35,683 bases of DNA from an uncultured Anaerolineaceae bacterium (GCA_964629105.1 CAZVPS010000003.1:1-35683), one strand, 5' to 3'. Positions 25,602 to 35,683 are shown, numbered from the stretch's first letter. Notes: generated by a model from the sequence alone, not told the origin. A program made the numbers and translations.

Positions 25602-28160
25602 TCAGGCGAGCGCTCGTGCCCGCAGCGACGCGAACGAGCGGCAGACGATCGCGCGCTCCATGTCGTCGGCCGCCTCGAGCAGCAGCCGCCGCAGGCTGGG
25701 CAGCTCTGCACCCTCGTCTTCGGCCAAGGCGCGGGCGCGCTCCACGAGCGCAGGCTCCGGGCAGTACGCCGGGAAGAGCGCCGTGACGTACGCCCGCAGG
25801 AACGCGTGGTCGCGCTCGGCGGCGACCGCCGGCAACGCCGCGAAGAAGCGATCGATGTAGGGCGCCAGGAGCGCCGCCTGGTGAGCGTGGTTGAAGCCGA
25901 GCATCGCCGCCTGGGTGAGGTGGAAGGACCCGTAGCCCTCCCGGTGGATCCGTTCCCAGGCGGCCGCCTTGACGGCCGCGTCGGGGGCGCCCGTCTCGGC
26001 GCGCAGGGCCGCCCGCTCGCCGCGATCGGTCGGGTCCGCGACACGCTCGGCCGCGACGCGCTCCGGCGCCCCGGGCAGGTCATGGGCCACCGCCAGGGCG
26101 GCGACGCCCCAGCGCATCTCGCGGTCCACCCGCACCCGGGGGCGGCCGGGCTCCTGGTCGACGACGCGGGCCAGGGCCGCCACGTCGGCGGGCTCCGCGG
26201 CGGCGCCGATCGCGGCCCGCAGCCAGAGCGTCCGCAGGTCGCCCTCGGGCAACCCCTCCAGCGCCTCGAGGGCCGCCGCCACGAAGCGACGGGCCTCGTC
26301 CATCCGCCGCTCCTCGGGCACGTAGCGGGCCAGTGCCTCGCGGGACGCGTCGAGGGCGGCCAGCAGGATCTGGTCGTCCCGCTCCTCGGGCAGGCGAGTG
26401 CGGACCAGCTCCAGGAAGGCCAGCGACGAGTTGCGCGCGCTGCGCACCATCTCCCAGAGCGTCCCCCACAGGAGCTGGCGCAGGAGCGGGTCGGCGACGC
26501 GCGCCAGGACGTGCGGCGCGGCGGCGAGGGAGACCGGGTCGAGCAGGACGCGGGCGTACCCGTTGTCGCCGTGGTTCGGGAAGACGAGATCGGGCGCCGG
26601 CCGCCCGACGGCCGCCTCGACCCAGGCCTCGGCTCCTTCGAGGCGGGCCGGCACGACGTCGATCTCCGCCGGCCCGTCGCCGGGCGCACGCACGAGCGCC
26701 AGCTCGAGCGCGTGGGGGCGGAGCGTCGGGTGGTCCTCGGGCGCCTCCTGGGTCAGCTGGAGCCGCTCGACCCGTCCGTCGCGGACGGTCCAGGCGGCCT
26801 CGATCGTGTTGAGGGACGCCGTCTCCAGCCAGCGCCGGCTCCAGTCCCGGAGTGGGCGCCCCGCACCCTCCTCGAGGGCCGCCAGGAAGTCGGCGAGGGT
26901 CGCGTTGCCCCACGCGTGGCGCCGGAAGTAGATCCGGAGGCCGGCCCGAAAGGCGTCCTGGCCGATCTCGGCCACCAGCTGCTTGATGACCGAAGCGCCC
27001 TTGCCGTACGTGATCCCGTCGAAGTTGTAGAAGGTGGCATCCGTGTCGAGGACGACACCCGAGATCGGGTGGGTGGTCGAGCGCGCGTCCGCCTGGTAGC
27101 CCCAGCGCTTCATGTCGGCGTGGAAGGCGCGCCAGGCGCCGTCGAAACGGGTCGCCTCGGCGAGGGCGAGGTTGGAGACGTAGGTCGCGAAGCTCTCGTT
27201 GAGCCAGAGGTCGTCCCACCAGCGCATCGTGGCGAGGTCGCCGAACCACATGTGGGCCAGCTCGTGGAGCGCCGTCTCGGCCCGCATGAGCCGCTGCGTG
27301 TCGGTGGGCGGGTCGCGGAAGACGTAGTTCTCGCTGAAGGTGACGGCGCCCACGTTCTCCATCGCCCCGGAGTTGAACTCGGGGACGAAGATCTGGTCGT
27401 ACTTCGCGAACGGGAACGGGTGCTCGAAGAGGGCCGCGTAGAAGTCGAGCCCCTGCTTCGTCACTTCGAAGATCTCGTCCGGGTCCAGGAAGGGGGCCAG
27501 CGAGCGGCGCGTCCAGATCCCGAGCGGCGTGCCGCGGTGGAGCGATCGAACGCCTGCGAAGGGGCCCGCGATCACCGCCACGAGGTACGACGAGATCGGC
27601 GGCGTGGGCGCGAAGCGGTGCTCCCGCCGCCCGTCGCCGACGGGCACGACGGCCGCGGCCGGCGCGTTGGCGATGATCGTCCAGTCGCCGGGGGCGCGGA
27701 CCGTTACAGCGTAGGTCCCCTTCAGGTCCGGCTGGTCGAAGCAGGGGAAGAGCCGGTGCGCCTCGAACGGCTCGAAGTTGGAGTAGGCGTACTCCGCCCC
27801 GTCCTCCGGGTCGACGAAGTGGTGGAACCCGTCGCCGCCCCGGTCGTACTCGTTCTCGTAGGCGACCTCGACCTCGGTCGTCGCCTCGAGGAGGCGTCCG
27901 GGCAGGAGGATCCGGTGCCCGGGACGCTCCGGCGTCACGGCCCGTCCGTTCACGGTGAGGCGCGTCACCTCGCCGCCGCGGAAGTCCAGGAAGAGGTCCC
28001 CCTCGCCGGTCACCGGGAACCGGAGGCGGGCGACGCCGCCGTACGTCCGGCCGCCGGCCCGAAGGTCGAGGTCCAGGGCGTACGCCACGCGGCCGACGCG
28101 GGATGCCCGGGCGGAGGCCTCGGCCCGCGTCAGGACGTCGACGCGGGCGACGGCGCTCAA
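25602..28160 (-). CDS. pepN: Aminopeptidase N (M1 family) with an ERAP1-like C-terminal domain
   Basis: Motifs FPCFDQPDLK, GAMEN, HELAH(M)WFG...WLNESFA, FDGITYGKGA. TTG start overlaps the upstream stop. Confidence 0.95.
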   Translation of the reverse strand: MSAVARVDVLTRAEASARASRVGRVAYALDLDLRAGGRTYGGVARLRFPVTGEGDLFLDFRGGEVTRLTVNGRAVTPERPGHRILLPGRLLEATTEVEVAYENEYDRGGDGFHHFVDPEDGAEYAYSNFEPFEAHRLFPCFDQPDLKGTYAVTVRAPGDWTIIANAPAAAVVPVGDGRREHRFAPTPPISSYLVAVIAGPFAGVRSLHRGTPLGIWTRRSLAPFLDPDEIFEVTKQGLDFYAALFEHPFPFAKYDQIFVPEFNSGAMENVGAVTFSENYVFRDPPTDTQRLMRAETALHELAHMWFGDLATMRWWDDLWLNESFATYVSNLALAEATRFDGAWRAFHADMKRWGYQADARSTTHPISGVVLDTDATFYNFDGITYGKGASVIKQLVAEIGQDAFRAGLRIYFRRHAWGNATLADFLAALEEGAGRPLRDWSRRWLETASLNTIEAAWTVRDGRVERLQLTQEAPEDHPTLRPHALELALVRAPGDGPAEIDVVPARLEGAEAWVEAAVGRPAPDLVFPNHGDNGYARVLLDPVSLAAAPHVLARVADPLLRQLLWGTLWEMVRSARNSSLAFLELVRTRLPEERDDQILLAALDASREALARYVPEERRMDEARRFVAAALEALEGLPEGDLRTLWLRAAIGAAAEPADVAALARVVDQEPGRPRVRVDREMRWGVAALAVAHDLPGAPERVAAERVADPTDRGERAALRAETGAPDAAVKAAAWERIHREGYGSFHLTQAAMLGFNHAHQAALLAPYIDRFFAALPAVAAERDHAFLRAYVTALFPAYCPEPALVERARALAEDEGAELPSLRRLLLEAADDMERAIVCRSFASLRARALA

Positions 28161-29188
28161 ACGGCGCTCCGCCAGGCCGCGAGGTCGACCCGTGTGAGCC
28201 TGGGGCTCGCCGTGATCCCCGGGATCCGGCCGCGCTTCGCGATGGGTCGCCCGTCGATCTCCTTGATGTCGCCGGTGAAGTCGATCGGGCTCGCCCCCGA
28301 GATGTAGCTTCCGACCGCGAAGCTGTCGGCGGGCGCGCCCTGCTCCTTGAAGGAGCGGATCCGGTCGGGGTCGAGGCCACCCGAGACGACGATCCGCACG
28401 TGGCCGTGGCCCGCCTGGTCCAGGCGCGCCCGGATCTCGGTGACGAGGTCGGCGGTGACGCGGCCACGCTCGGACGGCGTGTCGAGGCGGATGCCGTAGA
28501 GCCTCTCACCCAGCGCATCGGCGACCCGGAGCGCCTCCTCCGCCTCGTCCTTGAACGTGTCGACCAGGACGATGCGCGGCACCTCCGGCTCCAGGTCGCG
28601 GTCGAAGGCCTGCGCCGCCCGCACCGTGTCGCCCACGATCAGGACGAGCGAATGGGGCATCGTCCCGGTCGGGTTGAGGTTCGCCAGGCGCGCCCCCGCC
28701 GGCGTGGACGCCCCCACGCAGCCCCCCACGATCGCGGCGTAGTCCAGCACGTCCGTGACGTCGGGGTGGACGTGGCGGGCGCCAAAGCTGATGACCGGCT
28801 GCGGGGCGGCAGCCTCCACGCACTGGCGGGCCGCGGTGGCCCAGCCGGTGGCCTGCGCCATCATCCCGAGGATCGCCGTCTCGTAGAGCCCGAAGGCCCG
28901 GTAGCGGGCACGGATCCGGAGGACGACCTCCCTGGGCGAGAAGAGGTCGCCGTCGTCGAGCGCTTCCACGACGACCTCGTCGGGGTCCGCATGCTCGAGG
29001 ACGTGGCCCAGGAGGTTCTTGGCCTCGTCGATGCCGCACAGAACGCCCTCGCCGCGGCTGAAGACCTCCATGACCACGAGGGGGTCGAGGCCCTCTCGCT
29101 CGAGGATTCGGGTGGCGCGGACGAAGTAGACGTCCGCCGACTCGCCGGAGAGGATCTCGTGCGAGGGCCGGTGGGGCTTGAGCCGCAT
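28157..29188 (-). CDS. pncB: Nicotinate phosphoribosyltransferase (short NAPRTase/QPRTase-like type)
   Basis: Motifs ADVYF, YETAILG, SFGARH, GTMPH, LVDTF, IRLDTPS, SGGLD, AKRGR. 343 aa. Confidence 0.85.
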   Translation of the reverse strand: MRLKPHRPSHEILSGESADVYFVRATRILEREGLDPLVVMEVFSRGEGVLCGIDEAKNLLGHVLEHADPDEVVVEALDDGDLFSPREVVLRIRARYRAFGLYETAILGMMAQATGWATAARQCVEAAAPQPVISFGARHVHPDVTDVLDYAAIVGGCVGASTPAGARLANLNPTGTMPHSLVLIVGDTVRAAQAFDRDLEPEVPRIVLVDTFKDEAEEALRVADALGERLYGIRLDTPSERGRVTADLVTEIRARLDQAGHGHVRIVVSGGLDPDRIRSFKEQGAPADSFAVGSYISGASPIDFTGDIKEIDGRPIAKRGRIPGITASPRLTRVDLAAWRSAV

Positions 29189-29229
29189 CGTCGGATCCTA
29201 GCAGGGCGGTGCGCGGCGGCGCCTGCGGG

Positions 29230-29748
29230 TCAGCGCGGCCCGGCCAGCTCGCCCAGCCGGCCCGCGTAGCGGTCGAACAGCCCGGCCTGGCGGCAGGTGC
29301 GCCCGCTCCAGTCGGGGATGCGGCCGCCGGCCCACGCCCAGCCCGCGGTCTCCTCGAGGAGAAGGTCGCAGATCGCCAGGACGCGGGCGACCGCGAGGCC
29401 CAGCTCGTCGCGGTCGAGCCGGTCGAGGGGGATCTCCACGGCCAGCACCGGGCGGTCGTCGTCGGTGAGGGCGAACTTCACGAACGAGAACTCGTCGTTC
29501 CAGCGCAGGAGGCGCCGGTAGGAGACCCGGAACGAGTCGTTGATCGGCGGCGCGAGGTGGGCCCAGACGATGACGGCGGTCGCCGGGTCCAGGATGACCG
29601 TCACCCACAGGTCGAAGCGGCGGCGCCCGTCGAGCCGGAGGTCCCAGGAGGCGACCGATTCACGGTCCTGGCGCTCCGCGGAGCCCAGCTCGAGCTCGGC
29701 CAGCCAGCCCTCGATCGTCGACGGTGTCGGCGTCCCGGCCGCGCTCAC
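29230..29748 (-). CDS. YbjN-domain (T3SS-chaperone-like fold) protein
   Basis: WDLRLDGRRR...W...APP...YRRLLRWN..F..VKF....DRPVL..E pattern. GTGA overlap with glgC. 172 aa. Confidence 0.65.
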   Translation of the reverse strand: MSAAGTPTPSTIEGWLAELELGSAERQDRESVASWDLRLDGRRRFDLWVTVILDPATAVIVWAHLAPPINDSFRVSYRRLLRWNDEFSFVKFALTDDDRPVLAVEIPLDRLDRDELGLAVARVLAICDLLLEETAGWAWAGGRIPDWSGRTCRQAGLFDRYAGRLGELAGPR

Positions 29749-31046
29749 CCGTTCTCGCCGCCCGCCGCGCGGGTGCGGCGGCGCGGGCGGGCGTCCTGGC
29801 GCACCACCGTCGCCCCGGACTCCACGGTCCGGCCCGGGAAGTCGGTGGTGCGCACGTCTGGGTCGACCCGGACGTTGCGCCCGATCCGGATGCCGCGGGG
29901 GAGGACCGCGCGCTTCCCGACGATCGTGATGCCGGTGGTGAGGTGGCTCGGGTTGAGGCGGTTCGCCACGCTCATGTCGGCGCCCTCGCCGACGATGGCA
30001 CCGGGCCCCACCGTGACCTCCTTGTCGAGGATCGCCCCGTCGACGACGGCGCCCGGCCGGACGACGGTGTCGAACATGAGGATCGAGTCGCGGACGACCG
30101 CCCCGATGCCCACGACGACGCCGGGCGAGAGGACCGAGTTCACGACTGTCCCCTCGATCTGGCAGCCGTGGCTGACCAGGCTCCGGTGGACCTGCGCGGT
30201 CGACCCGATCTTCGCCGGCGCGCGCTCCTCCGACCGCGTGTGGATCAGCCACTCCTTGTCGTAGAGGTCGAGCTGCGGGCGATCCTCCAGGAGCGCCATG
30301 TTGGCCTCCCAGTAGCTGTGGATCGTCCCCACGTCCTGCCAGTAGCCGTCGAAGCGATAGCCGAAGACCCGGGCGCCGCCCTCGAGCATCGCCGGGATCA
30401 CGTCGCTGCCGAAGTCGGGATGGCTCTCGTCCAGGAAGCGGTGGAACGCCCGCTTGCTGAAGACGTAGACGCCCATGCTGGCGAGGTCGGACTTCGGCTG
30501 TTTCGGCTTCTCCTGGAACTCGGTGATCCGGCCCGTCTCGTCCATTGCCAGGATCCCCATCCGGCTCGCCTCGGCGAGCGGCACGCGGCGGACGGCGATC
30601 GTCACCTCGGCCTGGCGCTGGCGGTGGAAGGCCACGAAGGGCGAGTAGTCCATCTTGTAGACGTGGTCGCCGGCCAGGACCAGGACGACGTCCCCGGGCG
30701 CATGGTCGACCACGGACATGTTCTGGAGGACGGCGTCCGCGGTGCCGCGGTACCACTCGCTCGTCTTGCCGCGCCCGATGTAGGGCGGCAGGATGCGGAT
30801 CCCGCCCTGGTTCCGGTCCAGGTCCCACGGCCGGCCCGAGCCGATGTGGTCCGAGAGCGAGCGCGGGTTGTACTGGGTCAGGACGGCCACGTTGTCGATG
30901 TCGGAGTTGACGCAGTTCGACAGGGCGAAGTCGATGATCCGGAACTTGCCCCCGAAGGGCACCGCGGGCTTGGCCCGCGCCTCCGACAGGATCGAGAGGC
31001 GGGCGCCCTCGCCGCCGGCCAGGATCACCGCCAGGGTCCGCTTCAT
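29745..31046 (-). CDS. glgC: Glucose-1-phosphate adenylyltransferase
   Basis: Motifs [63 protein letters not shown] and a beta-helix C-terminus. TGATAGGAT promoter upstream. Confidence 0.96.
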   Translation of the reverse strand: MKRTLAVILAGGEGARLSILSEARAKPAVPFGGKFRIIDFALSNCVNSDIDNVAVLTQYNPRSLSDHIGSGRPWDLDRNQGGIRILPPYIGRGKTSEWYRGTADAVLQNMSVVDHAPGDVVLVLAGDHVYKMDYSPFVAFHRQRQAEVTIAVRRVPLAEASRMGILAMDETGRITEFQEKPKQPKSDLASMGVYVFSKRAFHRFLDESHPDFGSDVIPAMLEGGARVFGYRFDGYWQDVGTIHSYWEANMALLEDRPQLDLYDKEWLIHTRSEERAPAKIGSTAQVHRSLVSHGCQIEGTVVNSVLSPGVVVGIGAVVRDSILMFDTVVRPGAVVDGAILDKEVTVGPGAIVGEGADMSVANRLNPSHLTTGITIVGKRAVLPRGIRIGRNVRVDPDVRTTDFPGRTVESGATVVRQDARPRRRTRAAGGENG

Positions 31047-31149
31047 CGGCCTTCCTCACGCCCGGGCCTGGATGGGCCGGGTCGCTCCGCGCTCGATCCT
31101 ATCACGCGGCTCCGGTCCCTCCGGGTGCGGGCCCGACTGCTCCGGAGCG

Positions 31150-32535
31150 TCAGAGGAAGAGGCGGGGGTTCGCGAAGCTCCCGTTGAACACCACCGCCCA
31201 ATGGAGGTGCGGCCCGGTCGACCGGCCGGTCATCCCGATGTAGGCGATCACCTGCCCCGCCACCACCGTATCCCCGGCCGAGACCGCCGGCAGCTTCACG
31301 GCGTTGTCGACGTGGGCGTACCAGGTCTGGAGCGACTCGCTGTGGGCGATGATCACGATCCAGGCCTTCGGGTAGGGGTCGTACGGGTTGGGGCCGGCGA
31401 AGACGACGACCCCCCCGCCCGCCGCGCGGATCGGGGTGTACATGGGAGCCGCCAGGTCGATCCCCTGGTGGAAATGCGCACATCCTCCGACTGGTGGCTC
31501 CCAGGGGAACCCCGTGCAGCCGAACTCCTGGGTGAGCGTGGCGCTCATCGGCCAGGAGAGCGTCCCGTTGTACTCCGACGGGATGTTCCCGAGACTCCGC
31601 TGGCGGGCGACGAGGGTCGCGATCTGGCTCGCCAGCTTCTTCTGGGCCGCCACGTTGCGGGCGATCGCCGTCTGTAGGGCGCCCTTGTTCCTCGCCATGC
31701 GGGCGTAGGCGGCGCGCTGGATCGCGAGCTCCCGGGCGGTCTCCGCCTGGAGCTTCGCCAGGCGGGCCTTGGCCGCCTTCAGCTCCGCCAGGCCGGCGTC
31801 GAGCTGCCGCTTCTGGGCGAGGGTCTCGTCGCGCAGCTCCTGCCGGGCGGAACGCGTGTCGACGAGGAGCGCGCGGAGGGCGTCCAGGGTGCGCGCGTCC
31901 GCCTCGATGCGGCCCGCCAGTGCCCGGTCCTGGACACCGAAGTCGAGGTACGACCCGACATCCTGGAGAAGGTCGGTGAACGTGCCGGACGAGAGGATCG
32001 TCTGGACCAGGGGCGTCCGGTCGGTCCGGTACGCCTCGCGCACGCGGGCGGCGAGGAGCGCCTTGCGCTGGCGCAGCTCCTCGGCCTTCTCAGCCTGCTC
32101 CTCCTCGATGGCCACGACCTGGCGGCCCAGCAGCGCAACCTGCGTGACCAGGTCGCCGTAGATCGCGCGCACCTCGGTGATCTGCTTCCCGAGGCGGGTG
32201 ATCCGCGTCTTCGTCTCGGCGAGGTTCGCGTTGATGCCGGCGAGGGCGGTCCGGGTGGAGGAGATCTCCTGGGCGAGGCCGCTCTGGAGCGTCCGAAGCT
32301 TCGCCACCTGCTCGCGCTGCTCCTTGACCCGGGTCGCCAGCGCCTTCTGACGGGCGACCGCGTCGGAGAGCTCGTCGCCGCGGGCGGTGGGCGGGCCGGC
32401 GATCCCGAGGAGCAGGGGGAGCACCAGGATCGCGACAAGGAGGCGCACGGAGATGCCCCCCGGGCGGCCCGGAAGGGCGAGAAGCGTGCGGCGCGGCGTC
32501 CACCCCGCCGCGCGGGGTGTGGCGTGTCTGCGCAT
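31150..32535 (-). CDS. Coiled-coil M23 peptidase (EnvC/murein hydrolase activator-like architecture with intact Zn motifs)
   Basis: N-terminal hydrophobic signal and long coiled coil, then [19 protein letters not shown] and NP..FL. Start is uncertain. Confidence 0.9.
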   Translation of the reverse strand: MRRHATPRAAGWTPRRTLLALPGRPGGISVRLLVAILVLPLLLGIAGPPTARGDELSDAVARQKALATRVKEQREQVAKLRTLQSGLAQEISSTRTALAGINANLAETKTRITRLGKQITEVRAIYGDLVTQVALLGRQVVAIEEEQAEKAEELRQRKALLAARVREAYRTDRTPLVQTILSSGTFTDLLQDVGSYLDFGVQDRALAGRIEADARTLDALRALLVDTRSARQELRDETLAQKRQLDAGLAELKAAKARLAKLQAETARELAIQRAAYARMARNKGALQTAIARNVAAQKKLASQIATLVARQRSLGNIPSEYNGTLSWPMSATLTQEFGCTGFPWEPPVGGCAHFHQGIDLAAPMYTPIRAAGGGVVVFAGPNPYDPYPKAWIVIIAHSESLQTWYAHVDNAVKLPAVSAGDTVVAGQVIAYIGMTGRSTGPHLHWAVVFNGSFANPRLFL

Positions 32536-32591
32536 CAGGCTGGCGTCGTCATCGTGCGAGCGGTGCTCCGTTGGGCGCGAGGCCGCGCCAT
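32535..32591 (-). CDS. Putative 18-aa leader peptide (MARPRAQRSTARTMTTPA) coupled to the M23 gene
   Basis: GGAAGGA SD 7 nt before ATG 32591. Its TGA overlaps the M23 ATG (TGATG). Confidence 0.3.
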   Translation of the reverse strand: MARPRAQRSTARTMTTPA

Positions 32592-32702
32592 GGCGGTGTC
32601 CTTCCCGCCGGTGCGTCGCCGTCCGAAGGGGCACGCCTCGGGACGACCCGGCTGGCGCGCATTCTACTCCTCGGCCGCGAGACCGCCACCCGGACGACCG
32701 GG

Positions 32703-33380
32703 TCAGAGCGCGACCAGGACCGCCCAGTACGCCCCGACGATGAGGAACGGTCCGAAGGGAACGTAGGTCCGGAGCGTGATCCGGCGCGCGGCGAGGAGGA
32801 TGGCCAGCACGACGCCCGCGACCAGGGCTCCCACCACGACCCCCGTGACCGCGCGGGCGAGGCCGGCCAGGAGTCCCACCGAGACGAGCAGCTTGAGGTC
32901 GCCCATCCCGATGGCCCCGGCCCCGAAGGGGATCGCCACGGCGAACAGGAAGGCGGGGATGGCCAGCGCCGCGAGGATCGCCGCGGGCAGCGCCCCGGGC
33001 GGCACGAGCGGGTTCGCCCCGCCGAGGTCGATCACGAGGGCGAGGGGGATCGCGGGCAGCGTGACGACGTCGGGCAGGAGCCGCTGGTCCAGGTCGGTCG
33101 CGAGGAGCAGCGTCAGCGCCGCGAAGAAGGTCCCGAAGATCGCGAGCGGGACGGGGTCCGCGAAGCGGAGCGCGAGCGCCCCCAGCGACGTGCCGCCGAG
33201 GAGGACGACGACAACCGTCCGCCAGTCGACCGGGCGGACCCAGCCGGCCGGCCGGACGATCGCGCCCGCAGCGTCGACCTCCGCCTCGTGGACCGGCCAG
33301 CGGGCCCCGATGCGGTCGGCCACGAGCCCCCACGCGGCCCCGGCCATCCCGAGGCCGGCGGCGAGGACGGACGGCTCCAC
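32703..33380 (-). CDS. Prepilin peptidase (A24 family), lacking the N-terminal Zn/Cys domain
   Basis: Catalytic Asp motifs DLDQRLLPD and GMGDLKL, plus VPFGPFL. Multi-pass membrane protein. GTG start at 33380. Confidence 0.85.
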   Translation of the reverse strand: MEPSVLAAGLGMAGAAWGLVADRIGARWPVHEAEVDAAGAIVRPAGWVRPVDWRTVVVVLLGGTSLGALALRFADPVPLAIFGTFFAALTLLLATDLDQRLLPDVVTLPAIPLALVIDLGGANPLVPPGALPAAILAALAIPAFLFAVAIPFGAGAIGMGDLKLLVSVGLLAGLARAVTGVVVGALVAGVVLAILLAARRITLRTYVPFGPFLIVGAYWAVLVAL

Positions 33381-33384
33381 GCGG

Positions 33385-34893
33385 CTAGCGGGCCCCGGCG
33401 AGCGCCAGCTCAACGAGCGTCGCGGTCGACGCGCCCGTGGCGCCGCGGGCGGCCCACGGCGTGGCCTTCCGGAAGTACGCGGTGCCGGCGATGTCGAGGT
33501 GAACCCACGGGACCGTCACGAACTGGCGAAGGAAGAGCGCGCTGCGGATCAGCCCGCCCTCCGCCGACGACCCGGTGTTCGACATGTCCGCGTACCAGCT
33601 GTCCATCTCGGCCCAGTACTCCTCGACGAAAGGCAGCTGCCAGAAGCGCTCGCCCGCCCGGGCGGCCGCCGCCGCGACGTCGTCGTACCACGCCTGCGGC
33701 GCCCCGAACCCGCCGGCCACGAGGTGGCCGAAGGCGCGGGCGACCGCGCCCGTGAGAGTGGCGACGTCCACCAGGTGGGTCGCCCCGAGGCGCTCCGCGT
33801 AGGTCATGGCGTCGCCGAGGATGAGGCGCCCCTCCGCGTCCGTGTTGATCACGTCCACGGTCTTGCCGTTGAGGGCGGTCACGATGTCGCCGGGCCGGGT
33901 GGAGTGCGGGCCCGGCATGTTCTCGACGGCCGGGGCGAGGGCGAGGAGCGGCGTGCCGGGGGCGAGGCGGGCGACGGTCGCCGCGGCGGCGAGCACGGTG
34001 CACGCTCCCGACTTGTCCATCTTCATCTCCTCCATCCGGTCGGACGGCTTGATGGAGATGCCGCCGGAATCGAAGCAGACGCCCTTTCCGACCAGCGCGA
34101 GATGACGGCCCAGGGCATCCTTCTCGCCTTCCCCGCCCGAGCGCAGCACGATCATCCGCGGCGGGTTCGCGCTGCCGCGCCCGACCGCCACGAACATCCC
34201 CATCCCGAGCTCCGCCGCGCGAACCTCGTCGATGACGTCGATCCAGAGGCCGTGGGCGGCGGCGATGGCACGCGCCTCGTCCGCGAGGACCGCCGGGCTG
34301 ACGTCGTTGGCGGCCCGGTTCGCCAGCCGCCGCGCGAGGTTCGTCCCCTCGCCGATGACGACACCGCGCTCGGCGGCAGCCGCGAGAGCCGTGGCGTCGG
34401 ACCCCGGGGCCACGAGGATCAGCTCGTCGAGCGCGGGCGGGGACGTCTCCGGCGCGGCGCGGTAGATGGCCGCCGGATCGAAGCTCCCCTCGACGACGCC
34501 GCGCGCCAGCAGCTCGACGACCGCGGCCGCGCCGCCCTCGAGCGCCCCGGCAAGGTCGCCGACCCAGATCGCGAGCGCGTGAACCGGACGCCCGGCAAGG
34601 CGGCGCTCGATGGTCGCCCCCAGGTGCACGACAGTCTCGCGGTCCAGCTCGGCGGCGGGCCCGGTCCCCACGGTGAGGAGCCGGCCGGCCGGCAGGTCAC
34701 CGGCGGCGGAGACCGCCGTCGCAAACCTGGTGCCGGCGAGCTCGCCGAAGGCGGCCTGCGCGCGGAGCTCGCCGCCGCCGCGCCGATCGAGCTCGCCGAG
34801 CGCGCCGTCGAAGGCGAGCTCGGGGGTGACGGGGAGGGCCAGGACGTCGGCCTTGACGTCCCAGGGCTGGTCGGTGACGACGCGTAGCTGCAT
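33385..34893 (-). CDS. pepA: Leucyl aminopeptidase (M17)
   Basis: Motifs VGKGVCFDSGGISIK, MKMDKSG, ENMP, NTDAEGRLIL.D, ATLTGA, HLDIAG. Confidence 0.95.
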   Translation of the reverse strand: MQLRVVTDQPWDVKADVLALPVTPELAFDGALGELDRRGGGELRAQAAFGELAGTRFATAVSAAGDLPAGRLLTVGTGPAAELDRETVVHLGATIERRLAGRPVHALAIWVGDLAGALEGGAAAVVELLARGVVEGSFDPAAIYRAAPETSPPALDELILVAPGSDATALAAAAERGVVIGEGTNLARRLANRAANDVSPAVLADEARAIAAAHGLWIDVIDEVRAAELGMGMFVAVGRGSANPPRMIVLRSGGEGEKDALGRHLALVGKGVCFDSGGISIKPSDRMEEMKMDKSGACTVLAAAATVARLAPGTPLLALAPAVENMPGPHSTRPGDIVTALNGKTVDVINTDAEGRLILGDAMTYAERLGATHLVDVATLTGAVARAFGHLVAGGFGAPQAWYDDVAAAAARAGERFWQLPFVEEYWAEMDSWYADMSNTGSSAEGGLIRSALFLRQFVTVPWVHLDIAGTAYFRKATPWAARGATGASTATLVELALAGAR

Positions 34894-34971
34894 GAGAGTG
34901 ACGGCTCCCGTGAGGACGATGGCATGGGCACCGGCGGGCGGCCCGGCGGAGTGCGGCCAGTCTAGCCGCGG

Positions 34972-35682
34972 TCAGGGCGCCGGGGAGGCTCCGGCGCGGA
35001 CGCCGGCGTCCAGCAGCCGGCCGCGGGCTTCCTCGATGACGATCACCGCCTGGTTGAGGCCGCCCCGGGCCACGTCGCCGAGGATCACGACGAGGGCGCG
35101 CGCGTCGGGCGGGAGCAGCTCCCGTGCAGCACGCTCGCGCGCTGCGGCGTCGCGGACCGCGGTGGTCACCCGCCCGCTCGAGCGGCGAAGCGCGTCCCAG
35201 AGGTCGCGCAGGGCGTCGTCGTAGGCAACGTTGCGGTCGAGCCACTCGTCGAGCGTCGCGACGTCGACCGTCGCGGCCAGGCGGTCGCGGATGGTCCGGG
35301 CCGCCGCGAGCTCGGCCGCCGCCTTGTCGATGCGGGCGATGGCCTGGGGGTACTTCCCCGCGCCGCCCGACTGGATCGCCGTCGCCGCAGTCTGGTCGTG
35401 GGCAAGCAGGTGGCCGGTGAGCTCCGTGGCCGGCACGACCCCGGCCGTGAAAAGCTCCCAGGCCGGACGGAGCGGATCCACGGCCGCGAGGGCAGAGGCA
35501 GCGGCGTCGTAGCGAGCGAGCGTCATGGACGAATGCCGGATCGCCCGGTCGGCGCCGATCAGCGGGATGGACGCCAGCCGCGCGGCCAGGGCAGCCGCGG
35601 CCGCGTCGACGGCGTCGAGCGCGGCGGCGCCGGCATCGAGCGCCGCGGCAACCCCGGGGGAGTCGCGCCCCACCAGGGCCGC
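34972..35682 (-). CDS. Hypothetical Ala-rich helical protein (5'-partial)
   Basis: Frame is open to the window edge with coding-like codon usage. No recognised motif. Confidence 0.75.
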   Translation of the reverse strand, partial: AALVGRDSPGVAAALDAGAAALDAVDAAAAALAARLASIPLIGADRAIRHSSMTLARYDAAASALAAVDPLRPAWELFTAGVVPATELTGHLLAHDQTAATAIQSGGAGKYPQAIARIDKAAAELAAARTIRDRLAATVDVATLDEWLDRNVAYDDALRDLWDALRRSSGRVTTAVRDAAARERAARELLPPDARALVVILGDVARGGLNQAVIVIEEARGRLLDAGVRAGASPAP

Positions 35683-35683
35683 G

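Overview
This is a very GC-rich, densely coding chromosomal window. The gene repertoire, PT-linker surface proteins and many apparently leaderless genes suggest a high-GC Chloroflexota or actinobacteria-like organism (inference). Contents in order: (1) a group 3b (sulfhydrogenase-type) [NiFe]-hydrogenase operon with a cNMP-binding protein, a fused beta+gamma subunit, small and large subunits and a maturation protease; (2) a minus-strand block with a sugar-binding lipoprotein, FGGY kinase, GlcD-like oxidase, BioY, a MacB/FtsX ABC pair and a CAP/PT-repeat protein; (3) a DinB-family gene, about 850 bp of palindrome-rich non-coding DNA, tRNA-His(GTG) and an orphan eCIS-effector-like HExxH protein; (4) gdhA divergent from a Cys-rich mini-protein, truncated Gre factor, winged-helix histidine kinase, OmpR-family regulator and YwiC-like gene, with a double direct-repeat palindrome between them; (5) housekeeping genes (MalK-type ATPase, NUDIX, TPR, pepN, NAPRTase, YbjN-like, glgC, M23 peptidase, A24 peptidase, pepA). 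No CRISPR array, transposase or integrase was seen. The best candidates for novelty are the wHTH-kinase/Gre/metal-binding module, the hydrogenase fusion, the orphan effector and two related rod-like intergenic palindromes. All calls come from manual motif reading; no database search was run.
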